DNA of 64,000 bases from Vermamoeba vermiformis (Eukaryota): NCBI GenBank assembly GCA_045837725.1, contig JBEWZL010000084.1, positions 1 through 64,000 on the forward strand, given 5' to 3'. The notes under the pieces are model-generated. The model ran no database searches, was not told the origin of the DNA, and saw nothing but the letters and a program-made list of their open reading frames with translations. A program made the translations under genes and the position numbers. Shown piece after piece: positions 12,636 to 25,875 of the stretch (position 1 is its first letter; every line of letters starts with the position of its first letter).

Positions 12636-14299
12636 ATGCTGGCAAGGAAGTGTGCAACGACTTTATTGAGAAGTTTGGCTCGTAACTCGAGACCTCTCGT
12701 CGGCAAGTCTGCTTTGGCGAAGGGCAGAAAGATCCAGACGAGCGCATCTCGAACCCAGTCCATTTTTTCCACAAATTTTAATACCCCGAGAACAAATTGC
12801 AGAAATTATTTCGTGACTCGAAGGCTACTAGATGCGAACAAGCCTGAAGAGGGATCCGAACAAGATGCGAATGTAGAAGGTGAGATAATACACCAAAATA
12901 TTTTTCTGATATTTTAAATTAATTTTTTAGTTTAATTTGACCAAAATGTTGTCGGATCTAATTTCATTAATTCCACCACAAGCAATTGCTTCCAGAAAAT
13001 ATTTTGGCTTAATTTAATACTAAAATTCTGGTTATTGACTCATAATGTGCAGATATGGGAGCAGCTTTGTTCAATAATGACGTCACCGTGATTGAGTCCT
13101 CAGATCAAGCCTTTGAGGAACATGTGCTCAACTCACCGGTGCCTGTTATCATCGAGTTCTATACCCCTGGGTACGTTCTGCCTACTAGCATAATATTGTC
13201 TCTAGTAACACTTGAATAGTTCCGTGCCTTGCAACCAGATGCACGAGAAGTTCATGCAGCGCATTAACAAATACAGCCCCGCACTCAGGTAAGTCACGCG
13301 AGTACTGCTAGTGACTGCGGTCTTAACACTCGTACTCGCGTGTAGATTGGTCCGCATCGACGTTTCTAAGAACGCCAAGCTGGCGCAAGATCTTCGCGTC
13401 CCTGCACTGCCGTTCTACTTTGCATTCTACGGCGGTCGACCTTTCAACACGATGACTGCTGTGCCTGTAAGTTCAATTCGCGGAGTGTAATGAGCAATGC
13501 GATCTAACCCAGTGCGCGTTACAGGACGATAAGCCCGTGGATCGATTCATTGACACGGCTCTCAAGATTGGTGCCAGCAGAATTGTGAATGAAATTTACA
13601 CGCGCGCAGAACAGAAGTTGAACGAGAAAGATTTGAGCGGCGCAGCTGCTTTGTTCGGTGCAATTCTGAACGAGCAGAGATTGAAGTGCGAGTCCATTGG
13701 CTTGGCTGGTTTGGCGCTCGTGGGTGTTGCTGAAGGAAAGGTCGAGGAGGCCAAAGAGATTATTGATAGCATTAAGGTAATAACAGCAACGTTAATAACA
13801 ACATACTAGTTATTTTAACATATTCGTTGCAGCAACGTTACCCCGCTGACGTCAAATTCCCGGCAGTCAGCAAGGCTATCAGCCAAGTTGAATTGGCTAT
13901 GCAAGCTGCTGGTGCTAAGGTACGACTTAACTGTGAACTTGCTGAAGTTGTGACGTAGCTAATATTTCTTTCTTAAGAGTATGGACACGACGGATCTCGC
14001 TGCTAAAGTCGCGGCAAATCCCGATGATTTGGATGCTCGATTTGATTTGGCCGTGGCTCAAAATGCTGCCGGTCAATACAACGAAGCCATTGACAGCTTG
14101 ATTGAAATTGTGAAACGCGTAAGTAATTGCGAGATAATCAGCTAAAAAACGAGGCTTATTGTTTTGAACCTTACAGGACAAGACTTGGCAAGACAGCAAA
14201 GCTCGTTCGATGATCTTGAAGATGTTCGAGACCTTGGGTGCGGATAATGAGATCACGAAGAGTGGTAGAAGAAAGTTGACTAATGCTTTGTTCCGATAA
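12636..14299 (+). CDS. cnoX: CnoX/YbbN-like chaperedoxin (thioredoxin + TPR) with predicted mitochondrial presequence
   Basis: Arg/Ser-rich N-terminus without acidic residues; FEEHVLNSPVPVIIEFYTPGSVPC thioredoxin fold; NPDDLDARFDLA...WQDSKARSMILKMFETLG...GRRKLTNALF YbbN C-terminus. Confidence 0.85.
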
Positions 14300-14515
14300 T
14301 GCGAGAGAGAGCACCGTTAGATAAGAATTAAAACACAATTCAATTCTTGAGCGTACATAAACGCTTAATTCTTACCCTTCTATTCTTTTCTTGAATTCTT
14401 CAAGAATGTAAGGATCTGATTGAATTTTACCGAAAATTCTCACTGGCTTGAATTCTTACCACGGGCTTAAAAGCGCTCGAGCAGCCATTTTTTTTCATTC
14501 CTCAAAACTAACAAC

Positions 14516-14836
14516 ATGGAGCAACGAAGCAAAATATTCAGATTCAACGCACCCAAAACTGGAGACAACAACAAGCACGTTGTGTCAACTTGGTATGTTG
14601 AAGGAGCCGAAGTAAGCAACCTCATGGTGACACACGTTTGGTTTAAAATGGAGCACAACATCGCCGAAAGAGAAGCCGCGATGCCGGTCGGACCTCAACC
14701 TGGCAACTCTGTAGCCTGGGCTAATATTGTGACTATCAACCAAGATCCCACTACCAAGAGAATCCAAATCTCCGTCGACCATTGGCTTCACGACAAAGAC
14801 TCCGAGTTCTCCTGCCAGTTCATCAGACGGGGTTAA
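14516..14836 (+). CDS. Hypothetical 106-aa intronless protein
   Basis: ATG after AAC-rich context, coding-like composition, no recognised motif. Confidence 0.55.
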   Translation: MEQRSKIFRFNAPKTGDNNKHVVSTWYVEGAEVSNLMVTHVWFKMEHNIAEREAAMPVGPQPGNSVAWANIVTINQDPTTKRIQISVDHWLHDKDSEFSCQFIRRG

Positions 14837-15264
14837 TCCACCTTAAGGCGTGTAGCTCCTTCCGAGGGGTATTTTAGCAAGAGCAATAAAACAAACGAGC
14901 GCACGAAGTGCTTTGAGTGTTCTTTGCATGCTGTTCTTGTTGCGTAAATGATGTTTAAATGCTACGAGCCTTAAAAGTACGGCAATCTTGAAATCGGAAA
15001 ACTTGAATTTTTCTCTTATCAGGCCCAATAAACTTTAAATTATTTGACATAAGCTCCCCAGGAGATAAAATCCACTGCCGAAACGCACAATTTAGCGGCT
15101 TCAAAATTAGCCTGCGAAGATAAATTACTTTCCGAGCTAAATATGGATTTCTGCGGTTATTATTCTCAGTCATCAACGCGTTTAACGAATTACATATTTA
15201 CTGTTTACAAACTACATTACTAAACTAAAACTACAAAACAATGAGGACACAACAGAAGATAGCC

Positions 15265-17138
15265 TTAAAGCGCGGCTCTGCTTCTTACAGCCTCAGGACT
15301 TTGTTCAGGTGATATCTCTCCAGTTTCGTTCGTGGTACTCGTTGGAGAAAAAGTTTTGGAACTGCTGCCACTCGATCCCTTCAGTCGGTACCGCTTCGAT
15401 AAATAAAAAGCAATCACTAAGCACAAAGAAGCTAAATGTTCTGCTCCATAGAATAATGCCGTTGTTACGACCATGATAACTGGTCCGTTGTCGCTATCGA
15501 TAAACACGTTGAATAGAATTAGGGCCACCGAAGCAATTGCCAAAAATATTCCCATAGCAAATAGTACAATGGTCATCTGAGAATACTATTGGTTAGTACC
15601 GCTTAAAGAGTATAGCCAAGGTCGATTACCTTTGTTGCGCGAGATCGAAGTGCTTCTGAATTTCGAAGGCGACGGAAAATTCGGATGGAGGTGACGACGT
15701 AAAAAATAACCAGTATAACACCGTAGAACGCTTGAACTGCCATCGAGAAGTAGACCACGTTCCTTCTTTGGATCAAGTTATACGCTTGAAAGATGACTTG
15801 TATAATTTCGATGGCCATGATGATAGACGCAAACACGAAAAAACCAATCTTGAGCCGATCCAAGAAGTAATTAATTTTCAAATTACTTTTCGACAAGCTC
15901 TCGTGCCTGGATCCATACAAATTATCCGTTAGAAAAAGAGTCAGGTTCGTTAACGAAAGGTCAACTGTACCAAAAGCACGTGATTAACAGTGCACCGGTG
16001 TAAATGAAAGGTGTGGCCCAAGTGAGTAGAAATGAGTTGGCGATGTAACTGAAGATCAGTCTCATGCCAAAGGGACTCGCAATGGTTGGAATACCAACTA
16101 TGACAAATATAGAAAGTTAATATTTCATGAAATCTAAAAATATCGTCCGTAATTACGCGTCCGAACTTACTCGCGTTTGCTATAACTTGAAGTATGAGAA
16201 CTATCAAAGGTAAGGCTGTTGCGTGAAAGCACTTATTGCGATGCGAGTAGATCAGGAGTTCGACAAGCTTATGGCAACTGAGTATAAGAGTAACGAGGCA
16301 GATTATGCCAATAAACACTTGAACGAAAATAACGACGGGCATGTTGGCGATCTCCACCCAAAGATTGACATCTGTAATTAAGGGATAGTTAGGAGAATGT
16401 TCGCAACGATCTTAATCTTAAAGAAGAATTCGCTCACAATCTTAAATTAACCTAATTTTATAGCCACGGAGATTTTCCGATAATTTGGAGTATTAATAAT
16501 TATAATTACCTTCTGAAGTGTCTATTTCAGCATACAGATTTACTCCCATGTCCGTAAAGTTCTTATACAATGAGACAAATTTGATGTAGTAGGGTTCGCC
16601 GATTTGCGTCATGACGATAGAAATATCTCCCGTAGCGTCCCAGCCGTCTTTTAAATTGAATTGGAGATTGCCTGGCACTAATTACACGGTTAATTCTATG
16701 CTAGTAGTCTTACTAAGTTCGGAAAATACCTGTTTTCCATGATTCCATAATGATTCCTGCTGCACCGCGACTTTGCAATTGTCGTGTGATATCCTCTGGA
16801 GGTACTGTTATAGGAAGCCAAACGATACAACCAGTGACGTCACTGTCCGTAGGTTTTGCAAGTTTTCCTGAAGCAATGAAACCGTTCGTTCCTACATAAT
16901 TAGGTAAGTATCCAACACAAAAAATATGTTAAAGTGATTCGATTAGTTTACCTTTGAATACTATTGGAATGCTAGGAAATTGAGCGATAATTGTATTGTT
17001 TTCTGCTTTCACGATAAGCTTGCATCGACTAAGACTGATGAACGCTAATTGACCGAATATTAGGACTGTAGGGGTTGTAATATTTTACTTACAGCCTAGA
17101 ACTAAGGCGACGACAAGACAAAGTGTGGTGAGCTTCAT
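15265..17138 (-). CDS. Signal peptide + PA-like domain + 7TM-like membrane protein (paralog of 1848-3645)
   Basis: MKLTTLCLVVALVLG signal; VTGCIVWLPI...LQSRGAAGIIM PA-like motif; THPFTFT-type loop and TM helices match the first copy; Ser-rich tail. Confidence 0.7.
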
Positions 17139-17829
17139 GTTGTGGGCGATCGGATCTCTCTTAACTGTTAAATTAAAAGTCGTTTGAATTTAATTTATCT
17201 GTTTTGTTTATAGAAATTCTATTTTTGTATTAAAGTTGCCAACTTACATAAGGACAAATATGTAAAAGCGCCAACCCTGGAGTTATTATTAAGTAGGTAT
17301 TCTTGATGATGTTAAACACTCCTGCAACGAAATGGCGAAAATAATTATTTGCCCCACGATCAAGTTATTTGTAATCATGACTTATTGAAATTAGGAAAAT
17401 ACGGATCTTACTCCAAAATTAGTAAAAAATTATAGAACACTGGATACCTCATTAGAATGGAGTCATGGCTAAGCAATTGCGATGAACCATAATTGTGCAC
17501 AGGCTAAGCATGCCCGCGAAACTAAAGGGATATTGCTGCTCGAAGGACAGCTGCCGGGCTTATTTCCGCCATCGAACCGACTCGATGGCACGTCATAGTG
17601 AACGGACATGCGTGTCCAGTAGCTCCAGGATTAGCTTCAACATCTAAAAATACATTAGAACGGGATCCGTTCGGGAACAGAGTAAGTCAAATTTACCCGT
17701 ACTGTAGGAAGCAAGTTGGATACCATCAAAATAGCAGCGCGTAAATGATGTAATAAATCAGAGGCAGCCTCTTTGCTATTCCAAATTTATTCTTTCCCTA
17801 GGTCTATTTCTCGAAGACCACATTCAAAT

Positions 17830-19260
17830 TTATGGGGTGAATGAAGACAGAACAGGGGCATGTCCTTCAACCACTGCAATTAACTTGTCCTTCACTAACT
17901 GGTAACTTGGTTCCCCCGTGTGAAAGCCAAACGTTTTGTGCGATCCCCCCGGGTAGTAGCCGTCGAAGTGGTACGCCCGTTGACCCGTCTTGCCGTCCAC
18001 TTTGTTCATCTCCAGGAAGAAACTACAGCAAGATTAGCTCGACAAGCGTCAATTCGTGACGAGCGCGTACCTGTTGGTCGTATCGTACGAGCCACAACTG
18101 AATCTGAATTGCACTTTGTCGTCTTTGGTCACGTGACAGTCGTACTTCATGGCCATGGAACCCTGTAGAATACTGTTATAAGGCTTGCTTATTGCGCTAT
18201 GACCGTACTTGTCCTTCAAGCGTGAAGTACTCGTAGACGATGACTCTGTAGCCGTTAATATCGAGCTGCTCGCGACAAAATCTAGGAGCTTTGACGTGCC
18301 CTTGACGCCAGTTCTCGAACAATATTTGACGTTGATGCAGGGCTTCAGTTTCGCGCTGAAGTGCGTAGTTGAGTTGGATCAACTTACTGCGTGCTTGCCA
18401 GTCATGAGGCGCTAGTTCTAGCACCCTTAAGAAGCATTCAATAGCTTTCTCGTGCTCCTTCGCTAGCTGATAAATCTACGCAAAGTTGAGTAATGCTGCG
18501 GCTGTTCACTGAAAATGACATGTGGCATACCTGTCCCAAATTGAAATAAGCGTTTACATACGCTGGATTGCATTCAGTAGCCTTCTTTAAGTGCTCTATT
18601 GCCTTCGCGTCGTTATGCGAACTCGCGGCTATGCTGCCGATCTGATAGTGCGCCTGAGCGTGTTTCGGATCGTGCTTGATGCATTCTTCGAACGCTGTTA
18701 ATGCCTTCTGTGTATCTTTCATATCACCTGCGTATAATACACCCAGCTCGTACCAGTATTTGGTCACATTAGGAGCCAGAGTCGTTGCTTTTTCAAAGTG
18801 ATGAACTGCCGTTGCTGTATCTTGATTATACCTATTCAACCTACATTAGACGAATACTAAATAATATATTTACATTACCTTGCAATTAATCCTCGCCAGA
18901 AGTGCGCTGCTGCATTGTTTGGATCCATTTTTATCGCCTTAGAAAAAGCTTCTATGGCCAAAGGGTCTTCTTCGAGATAAAAGTGCGCCTAAACATTTGT
19001 CAAGAATAATTAAAATAATTTCGTAATTTATTGGTCGCTAATTGATGTAATCGACCAAATTTTCAAATAAAATGTTAAATTCCAGATCGACCTACCCTTC
19101 CAATTAATACAAATGACTCAGCACTTGGGTTGTTTTTAGCACTGTCCTCCAAATTTTTGATGTAATTCTTCAGTCCCTCGAAAGTTTCAGTCCGCTTGGC
19201 TGGATCGGCTAATGATTGGACCAGCGCTTCTAACTGTGATGAGGCAGCTTCCATCTGCAT
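17830..19260 (-). CDS. TPR repeat protein with C-terminal YHFDGY...HKTFGF...EPSY domain
   Basis: TPR exons 18438-18990; terminal exons splice in frame to ...VLSSFTP*. Confidence 0.75.
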
Positions 19261-19470
19261 GTAGGCTGTTGTAACGTGGTTGTTAACAATTTAGAAAAAT
19301 CGGTCTTCTTTCAAAGAAATATTAGTAGCCCTTGCGCGTGTCAAATGTTCGAATTTAGCAAATTTAGCCTCCGTGGTCAAGGCCATGAAGCAAAGTACTA
19401 TGAAAGATATACAATTTATTGCCGGGCAACCTCAAACCAGAGCTCGCTGGCTCTCACTAGGAGTTTGCAC

Positions 19471-21352
19471 TTATTTGTCGCGCTTGCCCAAAATGAACTC
19501 TTGCGCGACTTCAACGTCACGCTTGTTGCCGACGTAGAGAGGTACTCGTTGATGCATTGACTTGGGCACAATATCGAGGACGTTTTCTTCACCAGTGCTG
19601 CCCTAGTAGTTCAAAGTATTGTTAGAAGATCTGTGTATGAAGAAACAACATTGGAGCCTCATAATATGTTTGAATATAAATGCTATCTTATACTTACGAG
19701 ACCACCAGCACGTTCGCAAATGAAAGACAAAGGAGCGCATTCGTACAACAATCTCAACTTGCCATTGGGTTCGCGCTTGTCTATTAACATTAAGGTTATT
19801 ATTATCCAACGCTAGTGTATTAAAGTGATATAGCTATACCTCTAGGATAAGCATAAACACCTCCGTACAACAAGTTGCGGTGGAAATCCGCAACCAAACT
19901 ACCAACGTAACGACCAGTGTAAGGTCTGCCTTCTTCCTATAATATTACATGACGTCAGTATAGGTCCTCGTACGAGTTAAAGGTCAACCTTACCTTGTTA
20001 GGGGTCTTGATCCAGTCAACAAATCCGGTCACGCCCTTGTCCCAGTATGATTGATAGGCCTCGTTGATGCTGTAGCACTTGGACTTGGCCGGCAACTTGA
20101 TGTTCTCGTGGGTCAAAATGAACTCACCAATTGAAGGATCGTAAGTGAAGCCTAATCAAAGTGAGCACGTGTGTTGCGGGTTCAAGATCCGATCCAACTG
20201 TCTTACCGTGAACACCGTGGTCGTGAGCAGTAGTAAATACGAGCATGCTGCTAGGACCGTAGAGGACGTAACCAGCGCAGACCATGTTGCGACCAGGCTG
20301 CAACAAGTCTTCTTCGACTGTCGCCTTTTGCGTGTTGGGTGTTTTACGCTTCCAGATGCCGAAAATAGTACCGACCTAACCGACATTAAATTAGTCTCAT
20401 AACATATGACGGACTAGTATTCGGTGCGTAGTGACGTACAGGAATGTTGCAAGCAATGTTGGAGCTTCCGTCGAGAGGATCCATAGCAACAATGTACTTG
20501 CCGCCCAAAGCGTGTTGTTCCTAATAAGGAAATATTAATTTAAAGCTGCGATATATATCCAATCGCATAGCACAGTCAATCGGCTACTAAAACATACTTC
20601 GGGGTAGATGGGTTGATCCTCTTCTTCACTGCACATCATACAGACCAAACCGGTAGCCAACAAACGGCGCTTCATAATGCTGTTCGACAAAACGTCCAAG
20701 ATCTGGACTTGTTCGCCCTAAGAAACAATTCCCTGGATGTCAGAAACAAATCGAACACTTGGCAAATTCTGATTTACGACAAACATAAAAATTAATTTGT
20801 AAACATTATTGACTGCGATCCGTTGTTGTTGGGTGGCCCAATTTTCAGCGGGATCTAACCCCCGTGATTTGTTTAATTGAACAGGAAGGCTTTGACCCAA
20901 ACAAAATAAATTAAAGTGTATGCAAATAAATAAAATTATTATTATTAGGAAATGTCAAAGTTGAATAAAGTTTCTAGACGCTTCGAAGCTAGATCTGTCT
21001 TACCTGAACATTCTTATCGCCAGTAGCGCCAACAACTTCGGCAATACCAGCCAAAGTTACTTTATCGCGGATAATCTTAGCGGCCTACAAAGATATTTTA
21101 GAAAATTGAAAAATTTTTAGATCGGATGTAGACGGCTTTAAGAGGAAATTAGATACATTAAATTAATTATATACTTACGACAACAATTTCAGAGAGCAAA
21201 CGAGTGAACTCTCCGGTTGCCTTTGGGTGCTCAAGTTGACTTTTACGAGATGCAACATTAGCTTTAATTTATCTAACGGTAAGATCCCATAAATAAACTT
21301 ACGTGCGAGCAAGGTGTTGATTGACAGTGGTACCAAGCTTAGAATCAGCCAT
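19471..21352 (-). CDS. FBP1: Fructose-1,6-bisphosphatase class I, multi-exon
   Basis: [90 protein letters not shown] motifs. Confidence 0.95.
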
Positions 21353-21628
21353 TGTTTCGTGGTGTGATGTGTTAGTGTCCGCAGTGTGGGGAGAAAAATG
21401 ATGCATTGCAACCTCAGGCACGTCTTTTCATTAAACAAACCAAAAGCGCAAATAGAAACACTTTAGCTAATGTTACATTCTTTATATATGTTATCGGCGG
21501 GATACAATTGCTTCTAGAACACCATAGAACAAGGGAAACAGAACACTAGATCCGGAGCTTCTAGATTTAGCAGCCATTTTACCAACCGCTATTTCGACAT
21601 TTTAAAGATATTATTCATTATTTTGGCG

Positions 21629-22726
21629 ATGGATTCCGCGAGGTAAAATTGTTTTTCAATTTTGGTTTTATTCGGAGTCGATCTAATTTTAATTGCTAGC
21701 ACAGGCTCAATAACATTTTTGCTGGATGGACTTCCATCGGAAATATGGCTCCACCATATTTTTCCGCACTTAGTTCGCAGCTGGATGTCGGTCTCAAAAT
21801 CTTATTTTACACTGGCTGTCACAACCGCATTCAATTCACCACGCGTGCTGCATTCACATATAGTTATATTATTCAACTCTGTTATTGCTCTGGATAATCG
21901 AGAGAATCTGGAAAAAGCGCTGAAAAGCCCGAATTTTGAAGATCTGACGAGTATCGAGTTTGACGACGGAGTTTCAATAGCAGCAAGGCTAAATAGTCAT
22001 CGATGCATGCCTTTATTATTGCAAAATAAGATGTTTAATTTACACCAACATCACGCAATGCGAGAGGCAGTGTGTAATGGAAGCCTCGAAGTGTTACGCC
22101 TTTTGTTAGCACATCCAGGCCTCGACTACAACATTTTTCGTTTGCTATTAACTGCCGCTCAACGTGGACAAGTAGCAGCCATCAAAGTCCTCGTAGAAGA
22201 CTTTCCAAATGCAGAAACCAATGAGGCAGCGTTCTCCGCAATGCTGCGCGAATCTATCAGAGAAAATCAGGTGAACGTCATGGAATACTTGCTAAACGGA
22301 GACTTTTCGATGGATATTGACTACGGAATACACACTGCTATTAATGAGCATAGAGCCGATATCGTTGAGCGATTGTATCAAGATCCACGCGCCACCGTAT
22401 CGACTAACATGCTTCAAAATGCAATCGAAGTCGACGCAGCAGATATAGTAGAGCTGTTGCTTAATTACGGCGTGATGCCTCAAACCGAGGATCTGCTGGA
22501 AGCTGTTCATGCGAATGCTCCTAATGCCTTGAGAGTGTTGCTGAAAGATGGACGAGTGGATCCAGCCAATTCGAATTATTGGGCACTCAGAGTAGCGATT
22601 GAACGCAATGAGAAGGAATTGGTCGACGTTTTCTTGGCTGATCCCCGTTTAGACGAAAGCGAGTTGCCTCAAGACCTAATAGACATGCTACATACATTGC
22701 AATTAACTATAAAAAGCGACTATTAA
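21629..22726 (+). CDS. F-box-like N-terminus + ankyrin repeat protein
   Basis: LDGLPSEIWLHHIFPHL; ankyrin repeats (AVCNGSLEVLRLLL, LLKDGRVDP); short first exon and intron. Confidence 0.75.
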
Positions 22727-22824
22727 CATACGTGTGCTGAAAATTGTTTCTGGATGTAACTCTTTTCGTTTTGGATTGGTTCTATTTATTACAAGAACAA
22801 TAGTATAACAAATAATATAATAAT

Positions 22825-24795
22825 CTATTTCTTAGCAGCAGGAGGTTTCTCGCCAGGTCTTAAATCGCCAATTTGAGTCGGATGCAAGAAGTTGACCAGG
22901 ATCGGATGTTCTTTGGTGTTGTCAAGTACAAGCAAGCCGTGCAAATAGGTTTCAAGTGCCTTGCGCTTTACCTCGTGGTCTTTTTGAAGAGGACCAAAGC
23001 TTGGCAAATCGACCTGACCGCTCTTCAAAACCTTCTTGGATTTGAGTTTTGAATGCAGATCTTTGAACTGACCATATCGTCGATAAATGGTCCATGTCTT
23101 GCCTTGCTGTGTCACTTCAATCTTGAACACCGTAATTTTCTTGCTGCTGCCGTGCATTTCCGGACGTTCTTCAGCGCTTTGCATGATAGCCATAATGGGA
23201 CCACTCAGCTGTTCGAAGGAAGCAGCGACGAGTTCCTCAAATGTAGCATTCTTTTCGTTAGTTGGTGCCGCAGTTATTGGCAGGGCCTTGACTTGCGCTT
23301 TTTCCTGAATTTTGTTGTCGCGGACCTTGACCGACTTGCCATAAGTTGACTTCAAAATGAGCACTTGGCCTTCTTGTTCAGGCCAATCGTTGCTTCGTTC
23401 GGATACCACTTTAGCTCCGTCAACTATGACGTGTGTCAAATTACAAGTACGATCAATGCTTAGGTCAGTGACACTTACGTTTGTGAGCAGCCGGCTTTGC
23501 GGCGTCAGCCTTTGCAGCATCTGTGCCGGGCTTAGCTTCAATCATTGAAAGCTTAGTCTCCGTAGTAGTAACAGTAGTAGTCGTTGTAGTAGCTGTGGCA
23601 TTACTGTTTGGTTGTTCAGTGACTGTTGTCGGCTGAGCAGGGGTCGGTTCGGTCGGAGGTTGCACGGGCTGATCTGATCCAACAACTTCGTCATCATCTT
23701 TTTCTTCTGGCCGATTTTCACGCACGGAAGTAGCGCAAATAGGACAGAAATTCCATTCGCGATTGATCGAATAATTGCACACGTGGCAGTGGAGAGGAAC
23801 GTTGGGATCGAGTTGTTCTAAGCTGTAAGTACGTTCGATAACTGTTGGTGGTACACTCGATGAATCAGATTGTCTAGTGCCGTGTACTTCGAGCAACTAA
23901 TTACATATTAGCACAATTAGGGGTTAAAAAAAAAATAATAAATTATTTGTGGATATTCGTTTGGTCGTCTAGACCTAGTTTAAAATGAATCCTTACTCTC
24001 TTGCTCTTATTTATGTCTTCAAACACGTAGAAATAATCGTCATTCTTGAATGAGTGCTCTGCTAAAATTATAAAATAAATAATTTAGAAGTGCACTTGTT
24101 ATCTACTCATAATTAAAAGGGCAATAAGCCATTAATAGTTTTAGAATGCGTTATTTAATAAAATAATCGTATTCATTGTAGTGGTTGTTTACCTTTAGGC
24201 ACTGATACGAAAACATGTTTGTCCATTAAAAATTTGCCCAACACAACGCCATATTCTTTACTTGGTGCGTAACCTTTAGATTCGAGCCAATCAACGAGCT
24301 CCTTGCCCACAAAACATTGCTTGTGAGTACTCCAACCTTTTTTTCGATCTTTAACGGATACGCCTGTCAATATTGAAATATGATTAGCGCACCGATACGA
24401 TAACCTAGTAGATGAGCAAGCGACATTGCACGGAAATTAATTAATGAAATTAATTTAATCAGGAATATTCGTATGACCGAATTATTCTAGAAGCTAAATT
24501 TACTGCACCAACTGAACTACCATGCCAAACATATAACACCATTATATTTACCTGTAGTAGGGTCTCTGATTTTTTCATTGATCTCGCCCAACTGTCAAAA
24601 AAAAATTTAGATCTTGTATTATAAACTTTCCACACGTGGGGAATTTGAGTTGTATTATTATAGAAAATAGTAAAATAAATATTTTTAATAGTATAATCTC
24701 CATCTGCAACTTACTTCGGAAAATGTCAATCTTTTCTGACCCAAGAAAAGCACTGGCTCTCCTGAGTCGGGATCACGAAGAACTTGATAGCTCAT
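22825..24795 (-). CDS. DEP domain + CxxC/CxxC zinc ribbon + PX domain protein
   Basis: GVSVKDRKKGWSTHKQCFVGKELVDWL (DEP); CHVC...FCPIC; WTIYRRYGQFKDLHSKL...RKALETYL (PX). Confidence 0.85.
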
Positions 24796-25875
24796 GTTGT
24801 AATAAATTGTGCTTGTAATAAATGAATAAAATAACCCTTTTTCATGAACAAACTTGACGCTTGACATCCGTTCATTATTTTACAGTGCACAGTTGCAAAT
24901 TGAAGTATCTTTATTGTTGGCGAGTTGCAAGGGAGGTGGGTCATAAAGCAATAAGGGCGGTATCATATTTGTAGATTCAAAGAACTCGATCTAGACTCTC
25001 CGTTCATTACTAGTTACGGTTGAAACCATTTTTTGGGTGTCAAATTTTAACTCGGGTAAACACAAAATTACAACGCGAAGGTTACTTCATTGACTTTTAC
25101 TTTTATCTGTTGCAACAAAACCCGTGATGCGATTATTGATTATTGCTCTTGTAGTAGCCTTGGCTACGACCGGAAACGCGGACTGCATCTTGGGCAATTC
25201 TACCTTGGTTGGAAATGTTACCACAGAACTCGTCAATCCATTTTACACCATTACCTTTGACGATTTGGGATTCCCTTCCTCTGGCTGGGGCTGGATCTAT
25301 TCATCACAAGGCCCTCTTCACATAACACACGGCCAACAGAACATCACGTTGAGTGGTGAAACCTGCCGCGTCTTTAATGGTTATTCTGGATTCTACACTA
25401 CTTCGTGGTCCAGCAACAATCCTTGGCAAGGCGATACAAACGGAACTATTGGAGACTTTATGATAGTTGGCTCTGGATCAGGTGCTGGAAATTGTCTCTT
25501 CGAGGTCAGTCCACCAATCTCTGCCTTCACAATGAGACTTAGCTCTACTCCTGCTCCGTCTGTTACATATATCGAAGTTTTTGATGTGCAGGGCTCACAA
25601 ATTGATTGCATTACTTCTTTACCACTTGCCCAAGGAACGAATGGATATTCTATAGTCGGTGTCTACTCTAATACGCCGATAGGCTCGTTTTCAGCAGTAG
25701 TAGGTTCAACCGGAATAATCCAAGTCGATAATATTCAACTTCTGACGTGCTCCTCTGATTCTTTCTTTTACGGCTCTGGTTGCGTTCAAAGTGTTGTTGG
25801 ATAAAATAAAAAAATTTATTTTTTTACGAAGTTGTATGCAAGTTGTACCGAAGTTGTCGGGAAGTTGTTCAACAC

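Noticed and set aside
17420-17760. Exon-like fragments and short hairpins (GCCATCGA...TCGATGGC) between two genes
   Set aside because: No consistent reading frame or element ends; unresolved.
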